Shown piece by piece: positions 17,993-26,685 of a DNA stretch of 60,452 bases. The position numbers and the translations under genes were made by a program. The stretch comes from Candidatus Woesearchaeota archaeon (GTDB taxonomy: Archaea; Nanobdellota; Nanobdellia; SCGC-AAA011-G17; GW2011-AR18): assembly GCA_018302105.1 (NCBI GenBank), contig JAGWAD010000038.1, forward strand, positions 1-60,452, written 5' to 3'. Below the pieces are notes generated by a model, which saw nothing but the letters and a program-made list of their open reading frames with translations, ran no database searches and had not been told where the DNA came from. The first letter of the stretch is position 1, and each line of letters starts with the position of its first letter.

Positions 17993-18775
17993 TCACTTAA
18001 TCTTTTCTTTCAGATTATTTAAATGATTAAGAATTTTATAACATAAAGCAGGATCAAGAGTTTCCAGACCAGATGCATGGATCATATCTTCTCGTCTAAA
18101 AAGTTCTAAATTATCTTGATAAGTAATCCCAATATTTTCTCTTGCTTGTACAACACCATAACTAAAATTGCCAGAATTTCTCCAATTAGAATATTTTTCC
18201 TTTAAGCAAGCATTATCTAATGCAAAAGGCATATCATTCTTTACAACATCAAAGGAAATAATATCAAAATTTGGATCAAGCATTAAATTCCAATGTTCTT
18301 CAATATTGCCCCTGATATGTATTCCATAAACTAATTCGTCTACAGAAGAAGGTTTATCTATTCTAGAAAGCAGATCTCTCCAAGAACCAGGAATTTTAGA
18401 ATTTAACTTTTTATATTTTAATGATTGTGAAACATCCAGAAAAAGATATATTTTTTCTAAATTAAGTCCATTTATTGAATTTTGTACATGCAATCTGACT
18501 TTATCTAAGGATTGATTCGCACTAAGTTTATAATTTTCTATTAAAGTAACAGGATCAGGAAAATAAATGGAAAGTGCAGATTTTTTCTTTTCACTCATTT
18601 CTTTTTTAAAATTATTTAAGCAAGCCATATTTCCAGGTCTTTCTAATACAATTTCTATAAGATTTTCACCTTTGATTAGAGGAATCGTAGGAATATCATG
18701 TAAGATAGAATAAACTAAAGAATCTTGAATATTATCAAAGGGAAGATAGGGCAGTGTTGTAGTGATATTTGTCAT
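17993..18775 (-). CDS. hypothetical protein
   Basis: 260-aa ORF, ATG start; no confident family. Confidence 0.5.
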   Translation of the reverse strand: MTNITTTLPYLPFDNIQDSLVYSILHDIPTIPLIKGENLIEIVLERPGNMACLNNFKKEMSEKKKSALSIYFPDPVTLIENYKLSANQSLDKVRLHVQNSINGLNLEKIYLFLDVSQSLKYKKLNSKIPGSWRDLLSRIDKPSSVDELVYGIHIRGNIEEHWNLMLDPNFDIISFDVVKNDMPFALDNACLKEKYSNWRNSGNFSYGVVQARENIGITYQDNLELFRREDMIHASGLETLDPALCYKILNHLNNLKEKIK

Positions 18776-18829
18776 TTTGAAGTAAAATTAAGCAATAAAA
18801 GTGAAAAGGTATATAAAATTTTCCAATAA

Positions 18830-20509
18830 ATGAAATATATGAAAGAAAGGATACAAGAACTAATAGCAAAAATAAAACCTGGGATTGACTTAGAAAAATT
18901 AAAGAAAGACTTAGCAAAAAAATACAAGCTTTCTAAAATGCCTACAAATATAGAAATATTAGAAGAATTAAATGAAAAACAAAAAGAATTTTACAAATCT
19001 TATTTAATAACAAAGCCAGTAAGAACTCTTTCAGGTGTAGCACCATTAGCAGTAATGACAAAACCAATCTCTTGCAAACATGGAAAATGCACTTTTTGTC
19101 CTGGCGGTCCAAGTTCAATATTTGGTGAAGTTCCTCAAAGCTATACTGGAAATGAGCCATCAACTATGCGGGCTATAAGGTCAAATTACGATTCTTATTT
19201 AATAGTTTTCAATAGATTAGAACAATATACATTACTAAATCAAATTCCAGATAAAACAGAAGTTATAATCCAGGGCGGGACTTTCTGTAGCTTTCCAAAA
19301 GAATATCAGGAAGAAGTTATTATTTATACATTAAAAGCAATGAATGATTTCTCAGAAATGTTTTTTGAAAATAATAAATTTAATTTCACAAAGTTTAAGG
19401 AATTTTACGAATTGCCAGGATCAATAAAAGATAAAGAAAGAACTAAAAGAATACATGAAAAATTATTGAAATTAAAAAAAGAATCTAATTTAGAAAAAGA
19501 GCAATTAAGAAATGAAACAGCACGTATACGCTCTACAGCTTTAGTTATAGAAACTAAGCCTGATTGGTGCAAAGAAGATGAAATAAATGAAATTTTAAAA
19601 CTAGGAACTACAAGAGTTGAATTAGGAATACAAACTTTAAAAGAAAATGTATTAAAAATTACTAATCGTGGACATACTTTAGATGATACAAAAGAAGCAA
19701 TACAATTATTGAAAGATTCTTTTTTAAAAATTACATTACATATTATGCCTGGTTTACCAAACACAACAAAAGAAGAAGACATAGAAATGTTTAGTGTCCT
19801 CTTTACAAATGACGATTATAAACCTGATTCTTTAAAGATTTATCCATGTTTAGTAATGCCAGGAACACCTTTATATTTACAATATCAAAAAGGCGAATTT
19901 AAACCATTAAATACAGAAGAAGCAGCAGAAATAATTGCAGAAGGAAAAAGATTTGTTCCTGAATATTGTAGAGTAATGCGTGTAAATAGAGACATTCCAA
20001 GTACAGTAATTCATGATGGAGTTATGAATACAAATCTAAGGCAAATAGTAGCTGAAAAAGTTAAAGAAAAAAATATAAAATGTATATGTATAAGGTGCAA
20101 AGAATCTATGGGAAGAAAAATTGATTATAATTCTATTGAAATTAAAAAACAATATTATGATTCAAGCAATGGAAAAGAAGTTTTCATTAGTGTTGTTGAT
20201 GCTAAAAATAATATATTAATTGGTTTCTGCAGATTAAGAAAACCTTACAAGCCATTTAGGCCAGAAATAACTAACAGTTCTGCAGGTGTTCGTGAATTGC
20301 ATGTTTACGGACAAGCAACACCTATAGGAGAAGCTGGATTAATACAACACAAAGGTTATGGCAAATTATTAATGGAAGAAGCTGAAAAAATTGCAAAAGA
20401 AGAATGGCATTGTGATAAATTATTGGTTATATCTGGAATTGGTGTACGTCAATATTATACAAAACTTGGTTATTCTAAAGATGGGTCTTATATGAGTAAG
20501 ATGTTATAA
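18830..20509 (+). CDS. elp3: Elp3-type radical SAM/GNAT tRNA uridine(34) modification enzyme
   Basis: Radical-SAM cluster region ..CKHGKCTFCPGGP.., TIM-barrel motifs (..RVELGIQTL..GHT..), and a C-terminal GNAT (..RELHVYG..HKGYGKLLMEEAE..). Confidence 0.92.
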   Translation: MKYMKERIQELIAKIKPGIDLEKLKKDLAKKYKLSKMPTNIEILEELNEKQKEFYKSYLITKPVRTLSGVAPLAVMTKPISCKHGKCTFCPGGPSSIFGEVPQSYTGNEPSTMRAIRSNYDSYLIVFNRLEQYTLLNQIPDKTEVIIQGGTFCSFPKEYQEEVIIYTLKAMNDFSEMFFENNKFNFTKFKEFYELPGSIKDKERTKRIHEKLLKLKKESNLEKEQLRNETARIRSTALVIETKPDWCKEDEINEILKLGTTRVELGIQTLKENVLKITNRGHTLDDTKEAIQLLKDSFLKITLHIMPGLPNTTKEEDIEMFSVLFTNDDYKPDSLKIYPCLVMPGTPLYLQYQKGEFKPLNTEEAAEIIAEGKRFVPEYCRVMRVNRDIPSTVIHDGVMNTNLRQIVAEKVKEKNIKCICIRCKESMGRKIDYNSIEIKKQYYDSSNGKEVFISVVDAKNNILIGFCRLRKPYKPFRPEITNSSAGVRELHVYGQATPIGEAGLIQHKGYGKLLMEEAEKIAKEEWHCDKLLVISGIGVRQYYTKLGYSKDGSYMSKML

Positions 20510-20642
20510 TTATTTTTTTGTTTTATATCCAATAAATAAGCATTCTATCTTCTTATTATTTTATAGATTAAATAAACAAAGGAAAATATTTTCTTCCCTT
20601 ATCCAAAAATTCTTGTGCCTTTTTTAAATCTTCTCTTCTTAG

Positions 20643-20736
20643 GATTCTCTTTAATCTTCGGTTGATAGATTTTTACGATGTTATTTTCATGGTCTGGCTC
20701 TTCGATATATTTTTGTTAAAAAAATATTTTCTACAT
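20643..20736. repeat. 94-bp intergenic repeat, copy B (identical to 1410-1503)
   Basis: See copy A: 94/94 identity, same orientation, within the 495-bp elp3/PLP-enzyme spacer. Confidence 0.9.
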
Positions 20737-21004
20737 ATTATTATTTAATAAAAATTGAATGAAATCTGTCTTATATTTTTCCATTTAATAATCAAAATTC
20801 CAGTAATTAATCTATTTTTATACTTTTAGTTAATTAAAACACTATATTAAAGTAGCTAAGTCAAATTTAAATAATAAGTTAATTTCATGAATATTGTAAA
20901 AAATACATCCTGATAATTGGTTAATAAGAGAGGGTATATTTCATATTTAAAATAAAAATAATAATATTAAAAACTTTTATAAATAATTTAAACATCAATA
21001 ATGT

Positions 21005-22027
21005 ATGGGTTTGACAAAAAGAGAAGAAAAAATTCTAAACTCAATAATAATACCATCAGAAAATGATCCAAATAAGCCGGAATTTCCACCAGATAATCCA
21101 AAATTTCCGGCAACTCCAACTTATCAGATAAAAATCCCTGATTTTTCTAATGTATGGTTAAAAGATGAATCAGTTAATCCAACAGGCACTCATAAAGATA
21201 GAATGGCGTGGGAAATGGTTGTTACTTACAAACAATTTTTATTAGCAAAAAAAGGAGGAGCAATCAAAAAACTTCCAAAATTATCAATATTAAGTTCTGG
21301 TTCAGCAGCATTAGCAATACAAAATCAGTTAAAAAAATATAATCTTCCAGATTTAAATGTATTAATGGATATATCAACAAAAAAAGAAAAAATAGATTAT
21401 TTAAGAAAAATTGGATGTAAAATATTCTTAATAAAATTAGGAAATAAAATATTAAACTGGGAAGATATTTTAAATTTTACAAAAAATAAAGATGGTTTTG
21501 ATGTAACTTCAAATGAAGCTTATGATCTTACAGTAAGATTTTATGATTGGATGAGTTATGAAATAATAAATAGTGATGCAGATTATATTTTTGTTCCATT
21601 TGGTACAGGCCAATTATATGAAAATATTTTAAATATTATAAAAAAAGAATTAAATTATAAATCAAAAGATCCAAGATTTAAAGGAAATTATGAAATACTT
21701 AAAAAAACCTCTGTCTTGGGGGCTACAACAATTAATCCAAAGAGTAAAGCAGAAAAATTATATGCACCGTTCTTGCCATTTGCAAACTACTCAAAACAAT
21801 GGATTAAATATTATAGATTTACTGGCATTACTGGTAAAATGAGTTCTGTGTACAACCTAAAAGAGGAATTCTTAGAAAAAGCTATGGATATAGCAAGAAA
21901 GCAAAGTATAAATTGTGAACCATCCGGTATAAGTGGCTTAGCTTTATTATTACAAATGAAAAATAAGATTCCAAAAAATTCTAAAATTTTAATTGTGAAT
22001 ACAGGAAAAACTATAATGGATATTTAA
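21005..22027 (+). CDS. PLP-dependent enzyme, tryptophan-synthase-beta superfamily (threonine/cysteine synthase-like)
   Basis: ..VWLKDESVNPTGTHKDRMAWE.. is a PLP-lysine motif of the NPTGSFKDR type; 340 aa. Confidence 0.7.
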   Translation: MGLTKREEKILNSIIIPSENDPNKPEFPPDNPKFPATPTYQIKIPDFSNVWLKDESVNPTGTHKDRMAWEMVVTYKQFLLAKKGGAIKKLPKLSILSSGSAALAIQNQLKKYNLPDLNVLMDISTKKEKIDYLRKIGCKIFLIKLGNKILNWEDILNFTKNKDGFDVTSNEAYDLTVRFYDWMSYEIINSDADYIFVPFGTGQLYENILNIIKKELNYKSKDPRFKGNYEILKKTSVLGATTINPKSKAEKLYAPFLPFANYSKQWIKYYRFTGITGKMSSVYNLKEEFLEKAMDIARKQSINCEPSGISGLALLLQMKNKIPKNSKILIVNTGKTIMDI

Positions 22028-22594
22028 ATGAAAAAAGGAAATATATTTTTTGTAATAGGTCCTACAGCTTCAGGCAAAACTGTAATAATTAATTATATTT
22101 TAAAAAATAAAAAAAATATTTTAAGAGCTATTTCATATACAACAAGGGAAAAAAGGCCTAGAGAAATAAATGGCATAGATTATTTCTTTGTTTCTGAAGA
22201 AGAATTTAAAAATTTAATAAAACAAAATAAATTTATTGAATATTCAAAAGTCTATGGCAATTATTACGGGACAGGAAAAGATTCATTTTCAAAAATAGAA
22301 GAAGGTTATGATGTAATAAAAATAATAGACTATAAAGGAGCTAAAAAGTTCAAGAACTCAGGAATAAAAGCAAAATATTTTTTCTTCGCTCCAGAAGATA
22401 TAGAAACATTAATTGAAAGATTAAAACAAAGAGGCGACAAAGATATAGAAGAAAGAATTAAAGTTTACAAAGAAGAAATGAAATTTAAAAAAGAATGTGA
22501 TTATTATATAGACACTTCTGGAAGTTCAGATTCAGATATAGCAAAACGCTCAAATGAATTAATTAAGATAATTGATAATATTGATACAACTTAA
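22028..22594 (+). CDS. gmk: guanylate kinase
   Basis: P-loop GPTASGKT, then ..ISYTTREKRPREINGIDYFFVSEEEF..FIEYSKVYGNYYGT.. (classical Gmk motifs). The ATG directly abuts the upstream stop (22025-27 / 22028). Confidence 0.88.
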   Translation: MKKGNIFFVIGPTASGKTVIINYILKNKKNILRAISYTTREKRPREINGIDYFFVSEEEFKNLIKQNKFIEYSKVYGNYYGTGKDSFSKIEEGYDVIKIIDYKGAKKFKNSGIKAKYFFFAPEDIETLIERLKQRGDKDIEERIKVYKEEMKFKKECDYYIDTSGSSDSDIAKRSNELIKIIDNIDTT

Positions 22595-22644
22595 AAGTAG
22601 TTATATATAGAAAAGCTTAAAAATCCTGCTAATTTATTAAAACT

Positions 22645-23400
22645 ATGAAAATAAGAACAGCATTATTATTAGGACTATTGTCATTAATGCCTATTAAAGC
22701 AGCAGCCGAAACAAAAACATCACTAGGTTATAACAGGACAAATTATAAACTAAAAAATGCAGATAATATAAAAACCAATTCTTTTGGTATTAAACTGGAA
22801 CATTCAGAAAGGGATTTAGCATTAGAGGCATATGCAGACTTATCTAAATTAAATACAAACAGTGAAAATTCAAATTTTTATAATATAGGAGGTAATCTTG
22901 CAATACCAATAGAAGCATTAACCTTGAGTATTGGCTATAATTTCAATACAAAAGATCCAGTTACAAAAGCTTTGACTAATGAAAATAAAGAAGCACAGAA
23001 TATAGGAATTGCTTTAGGTTATAATTTAATTAATAACATATATTTTTTAGGAAAATTTTCAGCAGAAAAAGCAGGAGAAAAAGAAAATTTTCATGCTTAT
23101 TTGGGCGGAGGCATTTACAAGTTACTTCAAGATGGATTAAGGCTGGGTGCAGGTTTAGGTTTAGATAGATTAAGCCTTCCGGAAAAATCAATGATAAGAT
23201 ATATGGATTTTATAGCTGCAATTAGTCTTGCACCATCAACAACTATTGATCTAAGTGCTACTTTAGGCGATAGACTAGGATTAAGAGGAAATTTAAGGCA
23301 AAACTTTAATACACTTTATTTTTCTTTAGAAGGTTCTGTAAGTGAAGACTCAACAGGAATAGAAAGAAGATCCTCAGTAAATTTAGGATTAAATCTTTAA
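22645..23400 (+). CDS. secreted protein with bacterial outer-membrane beta-barrel-like sequence pattern
   Basis: Sec signal peptide MKIRTALLLGLLSLMPIKAAA/E. Repeated 8-12-residue alternating hydrophobic/polar stretches (IGIALGYNL, FHAYLGGGIYKL, LRLGAGLGLDRL, IDLSATLGDRLGLRGNL, LYFSLEGSVSE, SSVNLGLNL-COOH). Confidence 0.5.
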   Translation: MKIRTALLLGLLSLMPIKAAAETKTSLGYNRTNYKLKNADNIKTNSFGIKLEHSERDLALEAYADLSKLNTNSENSNFYNIGGNLAIPIEALTLSIGYNFNTKDPVTKALTNENKEAQNIGIALGYNLINNIYFLGKFSAEKAGEKENFHAYLGGGIYKLLQDGLRLGAGLGLDRLSLPEKSMIRYMDFIAAISLAPSTTIDLSATLGDRLGLRGNLRQNFNTLYFSLEGSVSEDSTGIERRSSVNLGLNL

Positions 23401-23402
23401 TT

Positions 23403-24287
23403 TTATTCTTGTGTTCGGATTGGCACTTTTATTGAACCGCTATGTATTTCTCCTTGTGTTCGGATTGGCACTTTAACTGTTTCTAAACAACCATTCACAT
23501 CCTCTTTAGAATCAAACATATCTTGAATATAATTAATATTATTCCTGTAAATTCTAAAAGCTTCATCCTTAAATTGGTATAAGTACGCAGATAATCCCAA
23601 GCTTAAAGCTAAAAATGAAAACAACAATAAACCCTTTACAGCATTTTGATTATTAAATGATGGAAAACTTATATTATTGCTTGAAATTCTGGCAATAGAA
23701 GAATCATATTGAGAAAACAGATCCCAGTTTGCTTGATTAAAATTTATACAATAATTATTATAAAATTCTATGGATTTATAATCATCAAATAATAAAAAAT
23801 CTTTGTGCGGAATATCAAAGCCTGAACCTATTGAAGGATCGACCAAAATATAAGTATTGTCATGTTCAATCCAGGCACACATATGATTAACTTTCCCATT
23901 TTTATAAGCATGTCTTCTAATATCAGCTAATCCTGATCTAAAGCCTGCAATTTTAGCCATTGTTGCGTATAATATTGCAGTATCAACACAAAGTCCGCAA
24001 GTTAGTTCAAATGTCTCTCTTGCATTTTTGTATCTATAATCAACCCTCCACAAACCTCTAGCACCGTCATCAGTCCTTAATCCCAATCCCTCAGTGCCAA
24101 TATTATCATAAATCCATTGATAAATGTCAACAGCTGCATTAATTTCACATTTTCTGTATTTTGAAATTATATCATAAGTAGTATCAATCATTTGGGGTGT
24201 TGTAGTGAAAGGTTCAACATCAAGATAATGATAAGATTTTCTCCTTTCAAAGTTTTGTAAAAATTCCAATTTATTTTCCAAAGACAT
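23403..24287 (-). CDS. transglutaminase-like cysteine protease-fold protein with TM segment and C-terminal tandem repeat
   Basis: Candidate Cys-His-Asp core: ..CGLCVDTAILYA.. , ..VNHMCAWIEHDNTYILVDPS... One TM (LLLFSFLALSLGLSAYL). C-terminus has KVPIRTQ x2, from exact 22-nt repeats at 23408-29 and 23453-74. Confidence 0.65.
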   Translation of the reverse strand: MSLENKLEFLQNFERRKSYHYLDVEPFTTTPQMIDTTYDIISKYRKCEINAAVDIYQWIYDNIGTEGLGLRTDDGARGLWRVDYRYKNARETFELTCGLCVDTAILYATMAKIAGFRSGLADIRRHAYKNGKVNHMCAWIEHDNTYILVDPSIGSGFDIPHKDFLLFDDYKSIEFYNNYCINFNQANWDLFSQYDSSIARISSNNISFPSFNNQNAVKGLLLFSFLALSLGLSAYLYQFKDEAFRIYRNNINYIQDMFDSKEDVNGCLETVKVPIRTQGEIHSGSIKVPIRTQE

Positions 24288-24496
24288 GGATTAATATTAA
24301 AGTTTAAAATTAAAAAGGATTATTAAAATTTTATAGAAAAAATAAATGATTAGTATAAAAATAATTCCAATTAAAAGAATATTTTATCAAAATTATGTAA
24401 AATTTACAAATATAAATAAAGATTATTCAAAAATAATGAAAATAAGAATAAAAAATCAACATTTGATTATTTAAACTCTAAGATTTAAATAAAACT

Positions 24497-24916
24497 ATGA
24501 ATTTACAAAGGTTTCCAATGTTGCAATTTAAATTTTCAACAAAGCATTTAGTATTTAGCTTAGCATTAAGCTATGGAATGTACAATGTTTATTCAGATAT
24601 TGAAAGATTTCTAAATGAAACATTATTTTATTTTACAGAAACTGAAGATGGGTTTGTTAAAAAGAAAAATGCTTTTAATTTGTCTTTTATTTATGAAAAA
24701 AATAATAAAGGCAATTTAGAAACTTACCTTAGAGATTATACAAACAGAATCCCGGTATTTGAAAGAGAAAACGGATTAATGGTTGGGACAGCAAAATATA
24801 ATTATTCAAATTTTACTAAAGAAGAAAGAAAATTAGTTTGTTCTAATATTTCACCATTATATAATTTTACAGGACGTATTCCAATGTTTAAACTTGAAAC
24901 AACACATTTAGAGTAA
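24497..24916 (+). CDS. hypothetical protein (signal-anchor-like N-terminus)
   Basis: 139-aa ORF, ATG start. Its 3' end overlaps the convergent 24802-25689 ORF by 115 bp. Confidence 0.4.
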   Translation: MNLQRFPMLQFKFSTKHLVFSLALSYGMYNVYSDIERFLNETLFYFTETEDGFVKKKNAFNLSFIYEKNNKGNLETYLRDYTNRIPVFERENGLMVGTAKYNYSNFTKEERKLVCSNISPLYNFTGRIPMFKLETTHLE

Positions 24917-25689
24917 CTACAATTAATTATATTTGTCGTTCCACCTAAACGATTAGAAGATCCTGTAGAAAATAAGGTAGCAGTTCCATTATTGGGATCA
25001 ATTACATATGTTCCATTTATAATGCCAGAATCTTCTTCTTTGGTAGGAAAACCATATACATCCGCACTAAACATATCAAAAAATTTTGTACCCCTTGAAA
25101 AATTAAATTTCAGTTTATAGGTTTTTTCTGTAGAAAAATTTCCTTTGTAAAGGTAATGTTCAGCAATAACCAAATTATGATAATCTTCCGGATCGTGACA
25201 ATAACTTGCATCAATATATTCTCCTCTAATACGTTTTTCACCCCTTCCAGCTATCTCATTATATATTGACCAAATTTCTTCTCTTCTAAGTTGCCAGCCA
25301 GTAGGATCATAAACTTTTTCTTTTCCTTCAGATCCTTTATATAACAAATGTAGAAAATCTACAAATCTCCTTAAATTTAAATTAATATTACCTAAATTTA
25401 GATTTAAAGTCAAAGCATCTCTCCAATTAAGTGTATTTATATAATTTTTTCCATCAAATTCCATTGCAAAATCTTCCAAAGAGAATTTAAGCTCACTTCC
25501 AACAGCTTTAACTTTTTCACTTAATCCCAGCCTATGTTTAGAAACCATTAAATCTGGATAATTTCTAGAACCATGTTTTTTACTCGGAAGTATAATATAA
25601 TCATGGGGATTTTCAGATTTATCTAAACCAAAAATAGGAAGAACCTCGACACAAATTTCGTTTGATACCACAATTAAAATATAACCCAA
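24802..25689 (-). CDS. hypothetical protein (TTG start in ORF track; start uncertain)
   Basis: 295-aa ORF with protein-like composition; no family recognised. Confidence 0.5.
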   Translation of the reverse strand: MGYILIVVSNEICVEVLPIFGLDKSENPHDYIILPSKKHGSRNYPDLMVSKHRLGLSEKVKAVGSELKFSLEDFAMEFDGKNYINTLNWRDALTLNLNLGNINLNLRRFVDFLHLLYKGSEGKEKVYDPTGWQLRREEIWSIYNEIAGRGEKRIRGEYIDASYCHDPEDYHNLVIAEHYLYKGNFSTEKTYKLKFNFSRGTKFFDMFSADVYGFPTKEEDSGIINGTYVIDPNNGTATLFSTGSSNRLGGTTNIINCSYSKCVVSSLNIGIRPVKLYNGEILEQTNFLSSLVKFE

Positions 25690-25734
25690 AAGAATTTAAA
25701 GCTTTCACCCGAACAATTACACTATTTCACAATT

Positions 25735-25742
25735 TTTATAAA
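25735..25742 (+). promoter_or_regulatory. candidate TATA box for a leaderless gatC transcript
   Basis: TTTATAAA is centred about 26 nt upstream of the ATG at 25764, which is the usual archaeal TATA-to-TSS spacing. Confidence 0.35.
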
Positions 25743-25788
25743 CATAGAGCCCATTACAATTTCATGGAAATTAATAGAGAATTAATAA

Positions 25789-26049
25789 ATTAAAGTTGCC
25801 AAGAATGCAAGATTAAGTCTTTCAGAAGAGGAAATAACCCAATTTACAGATGATTTTAAAAATATATTATCAGCATTTTCAGAATTAGATGAACTAAATA
25901 CAAGCAAAGTTAAGCCAAGTTTTCATCCAATAGAATTAAAAAATGTATTAAGAGAAGATAATGCAAAAGAATCAGTTCCAGTTGAGGAAATATTAAAAAA
26001 TAGCAAGCATAAAAAAAATAATTATTTTTTAGGACCAAAAGCACTATGA
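25789..26049 (+). CDS. gatC: Asp/Glu-tRNA amidotransferase subunit C, body of gene (N-terminal 9 codons at 25764-25790 are in another frame)
   Basis: The open frame with no canonical start encodes IKVAKNARLSLSEEEITQFTDDFKNILSAFSELDELNTSKVKPSFHPIELKNVLREDNAKESVPVEEILKNSKHKKNNYFLGPKAL*. ATG 25764 gives MEINRELIN then TAA. The joined sequence matches the GatC consensus M.I.RE.V..VAKLARL.LSEEE. Its stop overlaps the next ATG (ATGA). Confidence 0.75.
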   Translation: MKVAKNARLSLSEEEITQFTDDFKNILSAFSELDELNTSKVKPSFHPIELKNVLREDNAKESVPVEEILKNSKHKKNNYFLGPKAL

Positions 26050-26438
26050 AAGCACTATCAATGAAACAGCCAGTACCAGAATTAATATTAAATAAAAAGA
26101 AAACAATAGAAACAAGGACATGGAAATCTGATTTCAGGGGAGAATTTCTAATACATGCATCAAATAATTTTATGGATTCTATGATTGAAAAATTTAAATT
26201 AGAAAAAGAAAGATTGGTAACAGGTGCAATTGTTGGAAAAGCAGAAATTACAGGACTAAAAGTTTATAACACATTAGAAGAATTTAACAAAGATTTAGAC
26301 AAACATCTTTTGGCAGAGCCTAAGAAATTACCAACTTATGGTTATATTCTAGAAAATATAGAAAAGTTACAGAACCCAATTAAAATAAAAGGAAAATTAA
26401 ATTTCTTTGAGGTAAATTTAGATGAAAAAAAAGAATAA
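26046..26438 (+). CDS. ASCH (PUA-like) domain protein
   Basis: The MKALSMKQPVPELILNKKKTIETRTW.. N-terminus is typical of ASCH domains; 130 aa. Confidence 0.7.
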   Translation: MKALSMKQPVPELILNKKKTIETRTWKSDFRGEFLIHASNNFMDSMIEKFKLEKERLVTGAIVGKAEITGLKVYNTLEEFNKDLDKHLLAEPKKLPTYGYILENIEKLQNPIKIKGKLNFFEVNLDEKKE

Positions 26439-26685
26439 AATTATTTTATTAATTTCTAGTTTAATATTAATTTTATTAGCCTGGGCTCCTTGGATTAGTA
26501 ATAATTATGCAATAAATAAAGTTATAGAGGATTTTGGTGGATCAGATAAAGCATTTACTGACTTTCACGGAGCTAAAACTATAGGTGAAGCAAAGTTTGT
26601 GGTTAGTTTGTTTCCATTCGGTAGGTCTGTAAGTGTTCCTAGTGAAGCTATCTGGTTTGTAACTTTCTATGGAGATGTAATATGA
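26422..26685 (+). CDS. small membrane-anchored protein
   Basis: 87 aa with an N-terminal TM. Overlaps the upstream gene by 17 nt and shares ATGA with the gatA start. Confidence 0.5.
   Translation: MKKKNKIILLISSLILILLAWAPWISNNYAINKVIEDFGGSDKAFTDFHGAKTIGEAKFVVSLFPFGRSVSVPSEAIWFVTFYGDVI

Noticed and set aside
18735-19782. ORFs 18735-18917(-), 18942-19163(-) and 19405-19782(-)
   Set aside because: They are antisense to elp3 or to its 5' region. The Elp3 call is unambiguous.
20560-20740. Minus-strand open frame through the 94-bp repeat (..IEEPDHENNIVKIYQPKIKENPKKRRFKKGTRIFG*) as a small protein gene
   Set aside because: It has no start codon, and the continuation differs completely at the other copy (1380-1410). 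It was treated as a non-coding repeat.
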